Virus record (IMG/VR): IMGVR_UViG_3300046804_002051
Location: 1-59,716 of that record
DNA length: 59,716 nucleotides
From: a virus
Lineage: Duplodnaviria; Caudoviricetes
Reading direction: 5' to 3' (one strand)
Every line of letters starts with the position of its first letter. Positions within the stretch are counted from its first letter, which is position 1. The notes under the pieces are model-generated. The model was given only the letters and a program-made list of their open reading frames with translations, ran no database searches and was not told the DNA's origin. Shown here piece after piece: positions 1 through 10,779 of this stretch. Made by a program: the position numbers and the translations under genes.

Positions 1-52
1 TATCACCATCTAGTACTCCACCAGCACCATACTTTTTCATTTTAGTTTTCAT
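1..52 (-). CDS. 5' end of a gene running off the left edge (MKTKMKKYGAGGVLDGD...), probable virion protein
   Basis: ATG at 52, 12 nt downstream of the stop of 65..1084; frame open to the edge; not in ORF track. Confidence 0.6.
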   Translation of the reverse strand, partial: MKTKMKKYGAGGVLDGD

Positions 53-64
53 TTTTATTTAAAT

Positions 65-1084
65 TTAAGTGTTCCAATATTTCTCACAGGAAAGTATTAA
101 GTCTTTAAGAATGTCCTCATTTAAAGGATTTTTTAAGTGCTCAATAACATCAGATACATTTCTTCCAAGTAAACTATTTGTCTTAGAATGATAAATATAT
201 CCATCCGGCTTATTTATAATATACTTAAAAAAACTGGAATCTTTAACAATTGATTTAATTTTTAATGATTCCATATCTAAATTAACTGCATCATTAAATG
301 TTTTTGCTGCTCTTTCTTTGTTAGATTCAGCTCCTTCACCAGCAATGTATTTATCCATGTTTTCATAGATAACATCTAGTGGAGTAGACTTTCTATACTG
401 AGAACTATTAGCATCTACAACTTTTGCAATGTAGAACAATTTAGTACTATTTTTATCATATAGTTTCTGTAATTCTGAGTAAGCTTTGTTACGAAGTTTT
501 TTGTACTCTGTTCTTACCATTACAGTTTCTTCTTCCTTATCTAGGTAGAATTTAGGTGGAACTGCTTTTGATCTTGCATCATCAAAACTTTTTGCAATCA
601 TTGCAAAACCTCCTGCTTCAATTGCATGAAGTTTAATTCTATCAAATGGTTTAATTGGATCAAGATATACTGGTTCATTACCACATGACATTTCTATCTT
701 ATTCCAAAATTCTGAATTATCTGGTTTAAGAAGTTTTACTTTATTCCAGAAGTCTTTATCTTCTACATCAATAATATTAGCAGCTAGTTCTTTTTCTAAT
801 TCAGCTACTGCACTTCTTATCTCTTTAATTCTTGCTTCTCTGGTATCAGCATCAAGTAATTTAATTTCAGGAGCAAACTCATTTAAACCTGTAATGTATC
901 TTATTACTCCATTGAGTTCAAGACATGCAAGTTGTTCATTATGTGTTACTCCGTCAAATAGACTCATACCATATTCTTCTAGCCCCATATTAGTGGCTTG
1001 TTTGTCAAAGTAAGGTCTGATAGCAATGTTTGTTTTTTTAATGCTACCTACTCCTACTTCTACCATTGTAAATTGTGTTTCCAT
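65..1084 (-). CDS. conserved crAss-like capsid-module protein following the MCP (crAssphage gene-75-like)
   Basis: 339-aa ORF directly downstream of MCP in the TerL-portal-scaffold-MCP block; identity inferred from synteny. Confidence 0.55.
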   Translation of the reverse strand: METQFTMVEVGVGSIKKTNIAIRPYFDKQATNMGLEEYGMSLFDGVTHNEQLACLELNGVIRYITGLNEFAPEIKLLDADTREARIKEIRSAVAELEKELAANIIDVEDKDFWNKVKLLKPDNSEFWNKIEMSCGNEPVYLDPIKPFDRIKLHAIEAGGFAMIAKSFDDARSKAVPPKFYLDKEEETVMVRTEYKKLRNKAYSELQKLYDKNSTKLFYIAKVVDANSSQYRKSTPLDVIYENMDKYIAGEGAESNKERAAKTFNDAVNLDMESLKIKSIVKDSSFFKYIINKPDGYIYHSKTNSLLGRNVSDVIEHLKNPLNEDILKDLILSCEKYWNT

Positions 1085-1123
1085 GTTGGTTTTTATTTTG
1101 TTGGTTATTAATTTTTAAAATTT

Positions 1124-1156
1124 AAAAAAGGGAGGAGTTACCCCCTCCCTATTTTT
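1124..1156 (-). terminator. intrinsic terminator after MCP
   Basis: AGGGAGG/CCTCCCT stem (1129-1135/1144-1150) flanked by A and T tracts. Confidence 0.75.
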
Positions 1157-1170
1157 ATATATATGATGGA

Positions 1171-2790
1171 TTAGAACGAGCCACCAGTTACTGGGTTTCT
1201 CATAACAATCTTCAATACCTTAGTAGGGTCTTTAACCCAGATTGCAGGCATTGTTTGAGACATCATTACTCGGTATCCATTGAACTGTCCAGAAGACTGG
1301 AATCCTTGGGTACGACCCATATAGTCCATAGTACCATTTTGATACCACCATTTCAATTGATTATCCCAAGACAATTTCAATAAGTAGATATTGTCATTAG
1401 TGTTATCAGTGATATCAAAGATAATGAATGAGTAAGAAGATAATGGGAAACCATCAATGATTGGGTTCTCAATATCATTTGTATGGATATTGTCAAATGC
1501 AGGGTTCAATACAAACTTAACATTTGCCAAGAATGGAATTACATATGAAGTATAAGCAAATCCAAAGTTCAAGTCCATACCTTTACCAGTGATAGCACCA
1601 ATATCAGCAGCCTGAATCAATAGACCAGAAGCAACTGCTTCTCTCTTAATAGCTTCATTTACCATTCTCATTCCACCCATACCAGTTTGAACAATCAAAG
1701 ATCTTTTTGGATCTGGACCTTGGAACTCAACCTTACCATTGAAGAAGTTGTAGATTTCTCCACGGAACAAATCAAGAGTAAAGTTATTTTTGTTGTATAC
1801 TCTTTTGAAAGAGTTATCCAACTGTCTCCAAAGACCCACAGATAATCTGATATCATCTGGACCATCTTGACGTACTCTACCTCCTTGTCCCCACATTAAG
1901 TAAGTCTCAATGTCAGTTGCTACTTTAGTTAAGTGAGCTGCTTCCATTTGAGTCAAGAAAGTTCTAGATAAGTCACCGTTATCAAATGCACGTTTAACTT
2001 TATCTTTACCCATGATTTTGATCATATCATCTAATGAAGATATAGAAGGATCTTGAGTATTTTTATCGAATGATCTCCAGATCTCAGTTACAGGAACTGT
2101 ACCATCTGCATTCATTCCACCTTTGATCATCAAGTCTGCACGAGATGAGATAGAATAATGTACGTGAGCTTCAGCACCACCAACAAAGTTATAGAATTCA
2201 CGGAATCCTGTTCTTGTTGTAATGTCTGAGAATCTTTCACCATATTCTCCACGGGCAGAACCTTTTCTAAAGATTTTTGTACCGTTGGTCAAATATTTTG
2301 AATCAAGATATTTAAAGTTGTCGTTGTTTACCAACTGTACAGTATAGATGTATCCATCTCCTACAGGAAGAATATCTTCATCTGTAATGTACATCTCAAC
2401 TCCGTTATATTTGTCATAAGTGATAATATCACCATGTCCAAACTCACGTCTGTTAAGTTTAATACGGAAGGTAGAACCATCTGTACCTTTATACTCTAAA
2501 TTTGGTTCAATGTCTTCAATGATGTATGGAAGATCTACAGATACAGGAGTCTGCCATCTGTACTCTCCACGAGCATTGTCAACCATGATTACATTTTTAC
2601 CACCAAAGCTAGACATTTGGTAAAGAGGCATTTCCACCTTCTGAGCCATTGCCCATAGGTCTACTGGACCAAGGTCCATTGGTTCTGCATCCTTCAACAT
2701 GTTAACCAAGTGGTAAGAGTCTACGTGTGAACTTGCCTGGTAGGCTGTATCCCGTAGAAAGATACCATTGTTTAAAACTGGAGTTGCCAT
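1171..2790 (-). CDS. major capsid protein (crAss-like, HK97 fold)
   Basis: 539 aa; third gene after TerL (TerL-portal-scaffold-MCP); followed by a terminator; sequence style of crAss-like MCPs. Confidence 0.85.
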   Translation of the reverse strand: MATPVLNNGIFLRDTAYQASSHVDSYHLVNMLKDAEPMDLGPVDLWAMAQKVEMPLYQMSSFGGKNVIMVDNARGEYRWQTPVSVDLPYIIEDIEPNLEYKGTDGSTFRIKLNRREFGHGDIITYDKYNGVEMYITDEDILPVGDGYIYTVQLVNNDNFKYLDSKYLTNGTKIFRKGSARGEYGERFSDITTRTGFREFYNFVGGAEAHVHYSISSRADLMIKGGMNADGTVPVTEIWRSFDKNTQDPSISSLDDMIKIMGKDKVKRAFDNGDLSRTFLTQMEAAHLTKVATDIETYLMWGQGGRVRQDGPDDIRLSVGLWRQLDNSFKRVYNKNNFTLDLFRGEIYNFFNGKVEFQGPDPKRSLIVQTGMGGMRMVNEAIKREAVASGLLIQAADIGAITGKGMDLNFGFAYTSYVIPFLANVKFVLNPAFDNIHTNDIENPIIDGFPLSSYSFIIFDITDNTNDNIYLLKLSWDNQLKWWYQNGTMDYMGRTQGFQSSGQFNGYRVMMSQTMPAIWVKDPTKVLKIVMRNPVTGGSF

Positions 2791-2820
2791 TTTTATTTGT
2801 TTTTAAATTGTTACTATTTA

Positions 2821-4080
2821 TTAAAATCTTCTAAACATATTTCCCTTAGAAAGTTTTCTAGGTTGTGATGTTGAAGAAGGTCTTCTTGGTTCATCATCAT
2901 ACTGATTATTTACAGAAGAATTAATTTTTCTTGATTCCTCTGTTTTTAATTGTCTGACTGTTTTTTCTACTGCTGCTTTACTTCCTTGTTCTCTTACTCT
3001 GTTTTTGTATCCATTTGGATCAGCAAGTAACCAAAGTGCTTCTGCAATTAGGTCATGTCTTGGTTCTACAAACTGATACTTCTCTAATAAGTGACCAAGT
3101 AAGTTAGTTGGTTTTCCTGAAATAGAAGGATAGTTTGGTTGTACTAGTCCGGAGAATAATAAACCTTGAACTTTTCTATCTAATTTAAGACCACCAATTG
3201 TTCCATTAGCAAGAGTATTGTAAACATTTTCTTGATATGCTTTTGCTTGTTCAGCTTGCATATTTCTTCGATGTTCTTGTTCTGCTAGTTGTCTTGCAAC
3301 AATTTCTTCTTGCATTGCATCTAACTTAGGTTTAAATTGATTAGCCTTTTGTTCAAGTCTGTTAAGATCTTTCCAGTCTTGAATTTCAGATTCAATTTCT
3401 TCAGGAGTTCCAAATTGAGTAGCATATAAATATTGTCTTGCAATTTCAGCTTGATCATATTCATCAGTTGGATCAAGTTGTCTCATTTCTTCTACATGAG
3501 CTAAAGTTCTAAATAAACCTTTAAGATCTTGTCCACCATCAGCTACATATTTAGCTGCAACTTGAAGTTCTTCTGGTAATGATTGAAAAAACTCTCTTGG
3601 AGTATTTTCTCTAATTTGATTTTCTCTTTCTTGAAAGTTAGCTTCAAATAACTCTCTGAAATCTTTAGTAGTATATTCTTCTAATGGTTTGTCATCATCA
3701 AAAGGAATAAGTGTACCTTCTTCAATCATTTTAGTTGCTAAATCAGCAAGACCAGATTTATCTACTTTAGGTCTTCCTTTATTACCAGCTTCTTCTTCTT
3801 GAGAAATAAGATTGTCAAGTTCATTGATAGTTTCTTGAACTTCTGTTTTTTTCTCTTGAGCTTGTTGTCTTTCCTCTACAGTAGCAGTAGGATTGTCAAA
3901 GAACGATGTATCAACTGTTTCTTTATGAAACATTGATTTTGGTTTTTCTTCTTCACCTTGTGGGAGCATAACATTTTCTGCTCCGGGCATTCCAAAGATC
4001 TCATCAATATTTACATCTACCTGTTCTACCGTTGTAGAATCTTGGACCTGATTTTCAGGATTTGTGTTGGTTGTATCCAT
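2821..4080 (-). CDS. putative scaffolding/capsid assembly protein (crAssphage gene-77-like)
   Basis: acidic, coiled-coil-rich 419 aa between portal and MCP. Confidence 0.6.
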   Translation of the reverse strand: MDTTNTNPENQVQDSTTVEQVDVNIDEIFGMPGAENVMLPQGEEEKPKSMFHKETVDTSFFDNPTATVEERQQAQEKKTEVQETINELDNLISQEEEAGNKGRPKVDKSGLADLATKMIEEGTLIPFDDDKPLEEYTTKDFRELFEANFQERENQIRENTPREFFQSLPEELQVAAKYVADGGQDLKGLFRTLAHVEEMRQLDPTDEYDQAEIARQYLYATQFGTPEEIESEIQDWKDLNRLEQKANQFKPKLDAMQEEIVARQLAEQEHRRNMQAEQAKAYQENVYNTLANGTIGGLKLDRKVQGLLFSGLVQPNYPSISGKPTNLLGHLLEKYQFVEPRHDLIAEALWLLADPNGYKNRVREQGSKAAVEKTVRQLKTEESRKINSSVNNQYDDEPRRPSSTSQPRKLSKGNMFRRF

Positions 4081-4102
4081 GTTGTTGGTTTTTATTTATA
4101 TA

Positions 4103-4115
4103 TCAATATACAAAA
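4103..4115 (-). promoter_or_regulatory. putative late promoter (TTTTGTATATTGA) for the scaffold/MCP operon
   Basis: variant of the TTTTTTGTATATTATA motif at 13801 and 19901. Confidence 0.5.
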
Positions 4116-4173
4116 TAAACTTGATAAATTTAAAGAACTAAGAAAAAAAATTGTAATATATAGCTAACTAATA

Positions 4174-6915
4174 TTATTCTTTCTTAGGTTTTATATCAAA
4201 TTTGTTTTTATTTTCTTGTGCAATCTGTAATTGTTTGTTAGCAATCTCTTTCTGAGCTTGGATTTTTTCTCTTTCTAATTGACCTTTTTGATTTTCAATG
4301 ACCATTCTATTTGCTTCTTTTTCTCTTTGTAAACCAGTTTGTTCTTGATATTCTTGAGTATCTCTAATATCTTTCATTGCTTCTTTAAAGTCAGACTCCT
4401 GATTTTGATTAATGTCAGCCATAGAACCATATCCAGCAGCTCTAATTTCTGCAACAAGAACATCTCTTTGTCTATCTTTCTCTTTTTCAGCTGCAGTAGC
4501 ATCAATCTTCATTTGTTCAATTTCTTGTTGTTTTTGAAGTTGTTCTTGTTGCATTTGCTGTGCTTGTTGTTGCTCTTGTTGTTTTTCTTGTTGTTGTCTT
4601 TGTTCTGCTCCTTTAAGAACTGTATTAAGAGCAGCAATAGAATCAGACTGAATAACTTTACCAAGATCATAAATACTTGCACCAGTAGTATTATTTTGAA
4701 CAGCCATTTGTTTTAACTGTTCTAAGATAGCTCTGTGATTTGCATTTGTACTTATTGAAATATTAAGATCTCTAAGTAAAAGATCAGTTCCATTAATTTC
4801 AAAATTTACTTTTTCATCTGCTGATGTTACATAACTTAATCTTGCTGATGGTTTGGTAGAATGATAATATTGAGATAGATCAGTTCTCATTTGATGTACT
4901 CTTGGCATCAAATAATCACAGTGTTGTATGAAATACATTTCTGTTTGTGCATAGGATGCTTGCATTGCTTGCTCTACTCCAGTTGCAGTGGTTTGAGATA
5001 ATTGTTGACCCATCCTTTGAGGATTTACACCTATTACCTCATATGCTTGTTGTTTAAAGTAATTTGCAAGTTGAATTCTTGACATAAGTCTGTTAGTTTG
5101 TTCTAAGTCAAGTTTTTGAAAATGAGAAAAGTTTAATGCATTTTCTGTATTTGTTATAGATGTATCTAAAGGTAGCATCTGAAAATTCTTCATTGCTACA
5201 TAAGCTTTAGCTAAATTACCTTTACCCCAATCTTCTCCTAATGAATGTCTAGGTAAAGAATTTTGATCAAGCATAATTACAGTTCCAAGTTCATCTACTA
5301 GTATATCTGCAATTTGATTATTGACAATGTTATATCCAATTTGGTATGGTTTCATTAAGTCAATTAATGCAGTAGATTTAGTATTTCTATCTGAGAATAC
5401 AGATCCTTCTACCGGTAATTTACAACCATATAAACTTGAATCTCCTTTAAATTGAAACTTAAGTGGACCAATATGGTTTCTATCTATACCAATATAGATA
5501 GGAGAAAATCCACCTGGGTTATTCATTCCCCAGAATGAAGGAACATTTGGACCAATCTTAACTCCACCCCAAACTTCATTAATCCATATCCAATCTATAT
5601 GTTCTCCAAATAATAAATTATCTTTTGTTTTATTTTTGAAAAGTCTTGTATCATAAATTGGCTTATCAGTAATTTGGTAATCTTCAGATATGATTTCATT
5701 TGTTACTTCTCCTTCTTCAGTAATCTTAGTTAAGTGACCAATTTTACGTTGAGATTTCCAATAAGCAGTAGTTACTCTAAGTAAATAGGCAGTTCCTTGA
5801 TCATAGTAATCTTCTCCTTCTGCTAAGATTTGAGTAATAATATCTGAACCATCAAGAATATTACCTGACATAAATGAAGTATACTGTCTATATGCAAGAG
5901 AAGGCATATTAGTATTCCATTCATGAGATTTAGTACCATCATAAAAAGTTCCATCATTTTGTAAACCACCAATATTATAACCAGCTGATCTTATAGGATA
6001 AACTGATTCAAGTGCTTTATGTTGTTCTTCTGTAAGAACATGTCCAAATTTATCTATAACATCTGATACAGTAAACATATCAGTTTTACCTACCCAGTTA
6101 CCTTGAGATATATATCTAATATCTGGAGACTTATGATAAAAAGTAAGTACAGGGTTCCATAATTCTACATCATAGTCATCTTCTAACATTCTAAAATGCC
6201 AGTATTCTCTATCTGTAATTAACATATCACGGAATGCCCTTTCTTCTAGTTCATCTATTCTAAATCTTTCTACATCAACTTTATGCTGATGTTCAGCCCA
6301 TTGTTCAATCATAGAACGATAATCTTTTTTAAAGAATTGTTCAATTTCAGGTAAGGACTTTAAATTATCTGGAGATAGTTGTTGTTGTGCTTCTTCTGAA
6401 TCAGGATCTAGTCCTTGCTCTAACATTGCTGCTAACATTTTTGTTTGAGCATCAGCCATTAATGTTTGTTCTACTTGTACTCTTTTTTGTTCAAGCATTT
6501 CATTATAAGAAAAATCATCAACAGCTCTATAAGTTAATCTAGTTGACCTTTTAGCAAATTCAGCTACTAAAACATTAATAACATTTGGAATGATTGGATA
6601 AAACTTAAGTTCTAATGCTGAAACATCTTCTTTTGTTAGTAGTTCTACAACATCTCTCATTTCATTGTCTTCTTCAACAATGTAATCAGTTCTATCAATT
6701 ATACCTTTTGCCAACTTATAATTTTTCATAAGTCTTCTGGCATTTCTTCTAATTTGTTTAAGACCTTGCCACTCTAACCAATCCAAATTCCATGCTGCCC
6801 ATTCTTCTGTTTTATCTTTTTTAGGTAAAAACTGTAATGGTTGAGTTATACTACCTAACCTATTTTGTTCAGTTTTAGCACCTTTCTTAGCCTGTAATGC
6901 GTTGTATATTTGCAT
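4174..6915 (-). CDS. portal protein
   Basis: 913 aa immediately downstream of TerL; YPIIPNVINVLVAE and Q-rich C-terminal coiled coil typical of crAss-like portals. Confidence 0.85.
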   Translation of the reverse strand: MQIYNALQAKKGAKTEQNRLGSITQPLQFLPKKDKTEEWAAWNLDWLEWQGLKQIRRNARRLMKNYKLAKGIIDRTDYIVEEDNEMRDVVELLTKEDVSALELKFYPIIPNVINVLVAEFAKRSTRLTYRAVDDFSYNEMLEQKRVQVEQTLMADAQTKMLAAMLEQGLDPDSEEAQQQLSPDNLKSLPEIEQFFKKDYRSMIEQWAEHQHKVDVERFRIDELEERAFRDMLITDREYWHFRMLEDDYDVELWNPVLTFYHKSPDIRYISQGNWVGKTDMFTVSDVIDKFGHVLTEEQHKALESVYPIRSAGYNIGGLQNDGTFYDGTKSHEWNTNMPSLAYRQYTSFMSGNILDGSDIITQILAEGEDYYDQGTAYLLRVTTAYWKSQRKIGHLTKITEEGEVTNEIISEDYQITDKPIYDTRLFKNKTKDNLLFGEHIDWIWINEVWGGVKIGPNVPSFWGMNNPGGFSPIYIGIDRNHIGPLKFQFKGDSSLYGCKLPVEGSVFSDRNTKSTALIDLMKPYQIGYNIVNNQIADILVDELGTVIMLDQNSLPRHSLGEDWGKGNLAKAYVAMKNFQMLPLDTSITNTENALNFSHFQKLDLEQTNRLMSRIQLANYFKQQAYEVIGVNPQRMGQQLSQTTATGVEQAMQASYAQTEMYFIQHCDYLMPRVHQMRTDLSQYYHSTKPSARLSYVTSADEKVNFEINGTDLLLRDLNISISTNANHRAILEQLKQMAVQNNTTGASIYDLGKVIQSDSIAALNTVLKGAEQRQQQEKQQEQQQAQQMQQEQLQKQQEIEQMKIDATAAEKEKDRQRDVLVAEIRAAGYGSMADINQNQESDFKEAMKDIRDTQEYQEQTGLQREKEANRMVIENQKGQLEREKIQAQKEIANKQLQIAQENKNKFDIKPKKE

Positions 6916-6920
6916 AACTC

Positions 6921-9131
6921 TTATTTAATATTTTTAAATGCAGATCTTTTAAACCCACTCATAGTATTTTTCATACTATTATTTCCCATATGTCTAAATG
7001 GGCTCTTATTTAATTTAAACAAATTTTCTGACTTTTGCAAGTTTTTAGCCGTATCATCCATAATTGTTCTTTTAGAATAACCAATATTTGATTGTTGGAT
7101 TCTCATAAATGCAACAAGTGCAGCAAATGAAACTAGTCTATCCACATTGACTCCATCAGCATATTCTCTCATTTCTTTAATTAACATTGGGTCAGGAATT
7201 CTTTCTATTCCATATGTGGTTCTAACTACTGTTCCATCTGGTTTTAATTCTTGATCTAATTCTTCTTTAGTATATTCTATAGCATAACTAAGAAGATGTG
7301 CTTTGAAAAGAGTTCCTGTATTCTTCCATCCATATTCCTGGAATACATTATTATTAGACCCTAAATCTTTTAAGAACATAATTTGACTCTTAGGTACTAG
7401 ATATCTTTGTTTTCTTCTTTGAATCATATACTGAATAAATAATGATATGTTGTTTTCTACAAGAGTCCATGCATTATACCACTCAATAATAAGTTCTAGT
7501 TGATGATGTGTTCTGTTTATGTCATCATATCTACCACACCAGGCTGCTACAATCTTACCTTGTTCAATATATGTTTCAGTCTCGGAGCCAGTATGTTTAG
7601 TTACTTCAATAGGGGACTTCATTATATAGATGGAGCATAAGGATTCTGAGGTAGTAGTTTTACCTTCACCTACGGGGTCAACAGATGCATAGTATGTTCT
7701 AAATTCAGGATTTGCAATTGGTCTTTCCCAAACAACAAGACATCCTGTTTTATCTTCTGTCTTTTTGTTTATTGGAAATTCCATGATCGGTCTTTTGTTA
7801 CTCTTAGTAACTACCGGTTTTCCATCTACATCAGTAGATATATCTAGATACTCAAAACCATATTCTTTTTCTTCTATTCTTCTTTCTTGTGCAGCCAGAA
7901 GATGTGGAGGGAATACTGATACAGTTCTATAAGCAAATGCTTCTTTAATATTTCTTGGATGCTGAGATATCCTTAACTGGTAATCTTCTGGAGATAACTC
8001 ATCTTTCCATTGTTTAAACTGTTCTTCTAATGCTATTGATGCTTCTTCTACAAGTGAATTACCATACACATCAATATGTGGGGGCATAGACCATTGTTCA
8101 GGAATAAATAAACCTGACAAACCTGTAGTACCTTTTTCATCAATAAGATCTGTTTCTACTGCATAGATATCTTTAGATGTAGGATTAAGAATCATATCTT
8201 TTAGAGGATTACACTGAGACAAGTCACCCACAGATCCTGCAGCTATGAACATACCTGTAGTAATTAAACCGGATCTCATAGCAGGTCTCATATACTCATA
8301 GGTCTGATCCATCTTAGGTGCAATCCCAGCCTCTTCATGAAAAAAGTACTTAACCGGACCCCCTACACCATTTGTTGGATCTTTCTCAAATGACATACCT
8401 TGTATAGTACCTTTAAGACCGACTTCTGTTTTTCTATCACCTTTTCTTACTTCAATCTTTTGTTGCCACATCATTACTTTATCCGGAGACATTGGACGGT
8501 ACCATGCAGTATGTTCATTTAAGAATGCTGCATATTCCTGTAAAAATTTCCAGGATCCTTTTTCATTAATGTAGTCTTTAAGACTAGCACCCATCTTTAA
8601 AGTTACCCCGGCCTCAAACCATTGTTGGTTTATAAATTTACCCATATGAAAATATGAGGATGCAATCTGACGTTTCTTTAGAATTGCAGCATGTTTATAA
8701 GAAAGTTCTGCAAGTAATTCATAAAGTGCCATATGATACTGGGCATCCCTAATTTTGGCAAAACCAAATTTTTGAATCTCTTTATCAAAGATTGGTAAAA
8801 AGTTTAACCACATGTAGTATTCTCTACATACAAACCAAGTTAAATCTCCATCTTTTATAATAATACCTTTACGACATTTAACTTTCTGATCATCCCAATA
8901 ATTTATGTAGTCTCTAGATTTGTAGGGAGATGTACAATATACTCCATCTTTTTTAAATTTTTCTGACTCTGAAATAAATACTTCATTGGTAGTTTTATTG
9001 AAGTTGTACTTTCCAGGTTCTTTAAAAATATCATTGAGTATAAAGTTTTTGAAGTCCTCTCTGGATTCAAAACTTGTGGTTGTCCACTTTCCGTTTTCAT
9101 AGGTTGGTATGTCTTGATAAATTTCACTCAT
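6921..9131 (-). CDS. terL: terminase large subunit
   Basis: ATPase motifs LKKRQIASS and FFHEEAG; nuclease domain ASVDPV ... NVDRLVS. Confidence 0.9.
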   Translation of the reverse strand: MSEIYQDIPTYENGKWTTTSFESREDFKNFILNDIFKEPGKYNFNKTTNEVFISESEKFKKDGVYCTSPYKSRDYINYWDDQKVKCRKGIIIKDGDLTWFVCREYYMWLNFLPIFDKEIQKFGFAKIRDAQYHMALYELLAELSYKHAAILKKRQIASSYFHMGKFINQQWFEAGVTLKMGASLKDYINEKGSWKFLQEYAAFLNEHTAWYRPMSPDKVMMWQQKIEVRKGDRKTEVGLKGTIQGMSFEKDPTNGVGGPVKYFFHEEAGIAPKMDQTYEYMRPAMRSGLITTGMFIAAGSVGDLSQCNPLKDMILNPTSKDIYAVETDLIDEKGTTGLSGLFIPEQWSMPPHIDVYGNSLVEEASIALEEQFKQWKDELSPEDYQLRISQHPRNIKEAFAYRTVSVFPPHLLAAQERRIEEKEYGFEYLDISTDVDGKPVVTKSNKRPIMEFPINKKTEDKTGCLVVWERPIANPEFRTYYASVDPVGEGKTTTSESLCSIYIMKSPIEVTKHTGSETETYIEQGKIVAAWCGRYDDINRTHHQLELIIEWYNAWTLVENNISLFIQYMIQRRKQRYLVPKSQIMFLKDLGSNNNVFQEYGWKNTGTLFKAHLLSYAIEYTKEELDQELKPDGTVVRTTYGIERIPDPMLIKEMREYADGVNVDRLVSFAALVAFMRIQQSNIGYSKRTIMDDTAKNLQKSENLFKLNKSPFRHMGNNSMKNTMSGFKRSAFKNIK

Positions 9132-9649
9132 TACATGTCATATGCTAATCCTTGTCCACCTCTAACTCTACTTGATTGTTCTTCTTGAAGATCTTTATAT
9201 GCACCTTTAAATGATGCTCTAATGGATTCATAATTCTTAGCTGCAGCAATTAAAGAGTTCATATTACCATCACGTCCGTGTGTGATAGGAGTCGTTTCCA
9301 TATATCTTGCTAATCTATCCAACATAGATGATATACCTTTATATGCTCTGGATGTTGGTGTTTCATACATCCTTTGACAAAACTGTAAGGCTGTATGGAT
9401 TGTATCATCTTCAGTAGAGAAGTCTGCCTCGATTTGTTGTAAGATTATATGTTCTTTATCTACATCTGGTGTAAAGAAAAATGGATTAAGATCCGGATTA
9501 GGACAAGACATATAGAATAAATACAGATAAATTTTAAGATACTCATCTGGATATTCATCCATAATATCTTTAAGAGCTTTTAATGTATAACAATGTTCAG
9601 TAGGAATTACTACTCCATTCTGAACATCAAATAGTTTTGTTAAAATCAT
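9131..9649 (-). CDS. helical protein coupled to TerL, candidate terminase small subunit
   Basis: 172 aa; stop overlaps the TerL start; function inferred from position only. Confidence 0.4.
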   Translation of the reverse strand: MILTKLFDVQNGVVIPTEHCYTLKALKDIMDEYPDEYLKIYLYLFYMSCPNPDLNPFFFTPDVDKEHIILQQIEADFSTEDDTIHTALQFCQRMYETPTSRAYKGISSMLDRLARYMETTPITHGRDGNMNSLIAAAKNYESIRASFKGAYKDLQEEQSSRVRGGQGLAYDM

Positions 9650-10476
9650 TTCTTTTTAATTTTATGTCTGTTATCACTAAGGTAGTGAATAATTGCCATT
9701 ACTTCATCTACTAAATAAGGTACTGCAATTGGTATAACTTCTTTTAAAACAGGATCTCCATTTTCATCTAGCTTAGTTACTGGATATCCCCAATTATCTT
9801 CTCTCTCAACTTCAAATACTATATGATGAATAATAATTCTTCCTGGTTTAAGTTTTGGGTTATGCTTAAGTATAATATACATATAAATACTCAACTGTAA
9901 AGCATAATGATAAAAGTTACAATCATCTAAATTATCTACAGGAGGTGTCATCTTATCTGATATACCTTCCCAGTTAACATAAGATTCTTTTTTGATTTCT
10001 TTGTTAGTCTTGTAGTCAATGATATTTACTTTACCATTGACTACTTCAACTAAGTCTGATTGTCCACAGATACCGGCTGATCTTAAATAGACCATATGTT
10101 CTGGATACACGCCTGGTTCTAGTTTTTGTAATGGAGCAATTTTTACTCCATCTTTTAATTCTGTAGGTTTAAATATAGGTACAGTAACACCTTCTCTTTC
10201 AATTGAAGCTAAAGAACATAAGTCAGATTCTCTTTGGTTATGGTACCATGTGCCAAGAGTTGTAGACCTATCTCCTTCATTGGTCCATATTTGTTGTATA
10301 ATAACAGGATCTATACCAAACCATTTAGAGTTTTTGTTTTTGGTTACTTTTTCTGCAGTTTTCTTTGCATCAAAAGGTTTTTTAAAATGGGAAACAAGTG
10401 TAGTTACACTTATCCAATCAATGTTACTGTCATCTAGACTTTTATAACTATGATCATTTGCATTAAATACAATCAT
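9646..10476 (-). CDS. PD-(D/E)XK (RecB/Cas4-like) nuclease
   Basis: SVTT ... GTWYH ... GQSDLV ... IIDYKT ... YALQLSIY motifs. Confidence 0.85.
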   Translation of the reverse strand: MIVFNANDHSYKSLDDSNIDWISVTTLVSHFKKPFDAKKTAEKVTKNKNSKWFGIDPVIIQQIWTNEGDRSTTLGTWYHNQRESDLCSLASIEREGVTVPIFKPTELKDGVKIAPLQKLEPGVYPEHMVYLRSAGICGQSDLVEVVNGKVNIIDYKTNKEIKKESYVNWEGISDKMTPPVDNLDDCNFYHYALQLSIYMYIILKHNPKLKPGRIIIHHIVFEVEREDNWGYPVTKLDENGDPVLKEVIPIAVPYLVDEVMAIIHYLSDNRHKIKKK

Positions 10477-10479
10477 ACT

Positions 10480-10779
10480 TTATTCTTTAAGATTACCTAA
10501 TGCATCTTCTTCCTCTACTGTAGCAATGGCATCCCATTTACCAATAGGACAATCAGATGCAAGTGATCTAGTTTTAAAACTTAGTGAACATCCACATTCA
10601 TTACAACATGGGGCCGTACCTTTTACAGCACACTTCTTTCCTTTGTGTTCACATTCATCACAGATAGAATATCTGAGTCTAGCAATTTCTTCTACAGTCT
10701 CATCTCTGATAACACTATTGGTTATCCCCTCCAGAATCTGTTTCCGGTTTTGCCAAATTAATTTGAGAGTATTTTTCAT
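10480..10779 (-). CDS. small Cys-rich zinc-binding protein
   Basis: RYSICDEC ... CNECGC ... CPIGKW. Confidence 0.7.
   Translation of the reverse strand: MKNTLKLIWQNRKQILEGITNSVIRDETVEEIARLRYSICDECEHKGKKCAVKGTAPCCNECGCSLSFKTRSLASDCPIGKWDAIATVEEEDALGNLKE

Noticed and set aside
4339-4716. Leu/Phe-rich plus-strand ORF resembling a membrane protein
   Set aside because: Antisense shadow of the Gln/Glu/Lys-rich portal C-terminus.
4174-9131. Inteins or introns in the long portal and terminase genes
   Set aside because: The lengths fit crAss-like proteins; no splice motifs, homing domains or frame breaks were seen.
9646-10476. CRISPR-Cas system suggested by the Cas4-like nuclease
   Set aside because: No repeat-spacer array or other cas genes; no four-Cys Fe-S pattern; solo PD-(D/E)XK nucleases are common in these phages.
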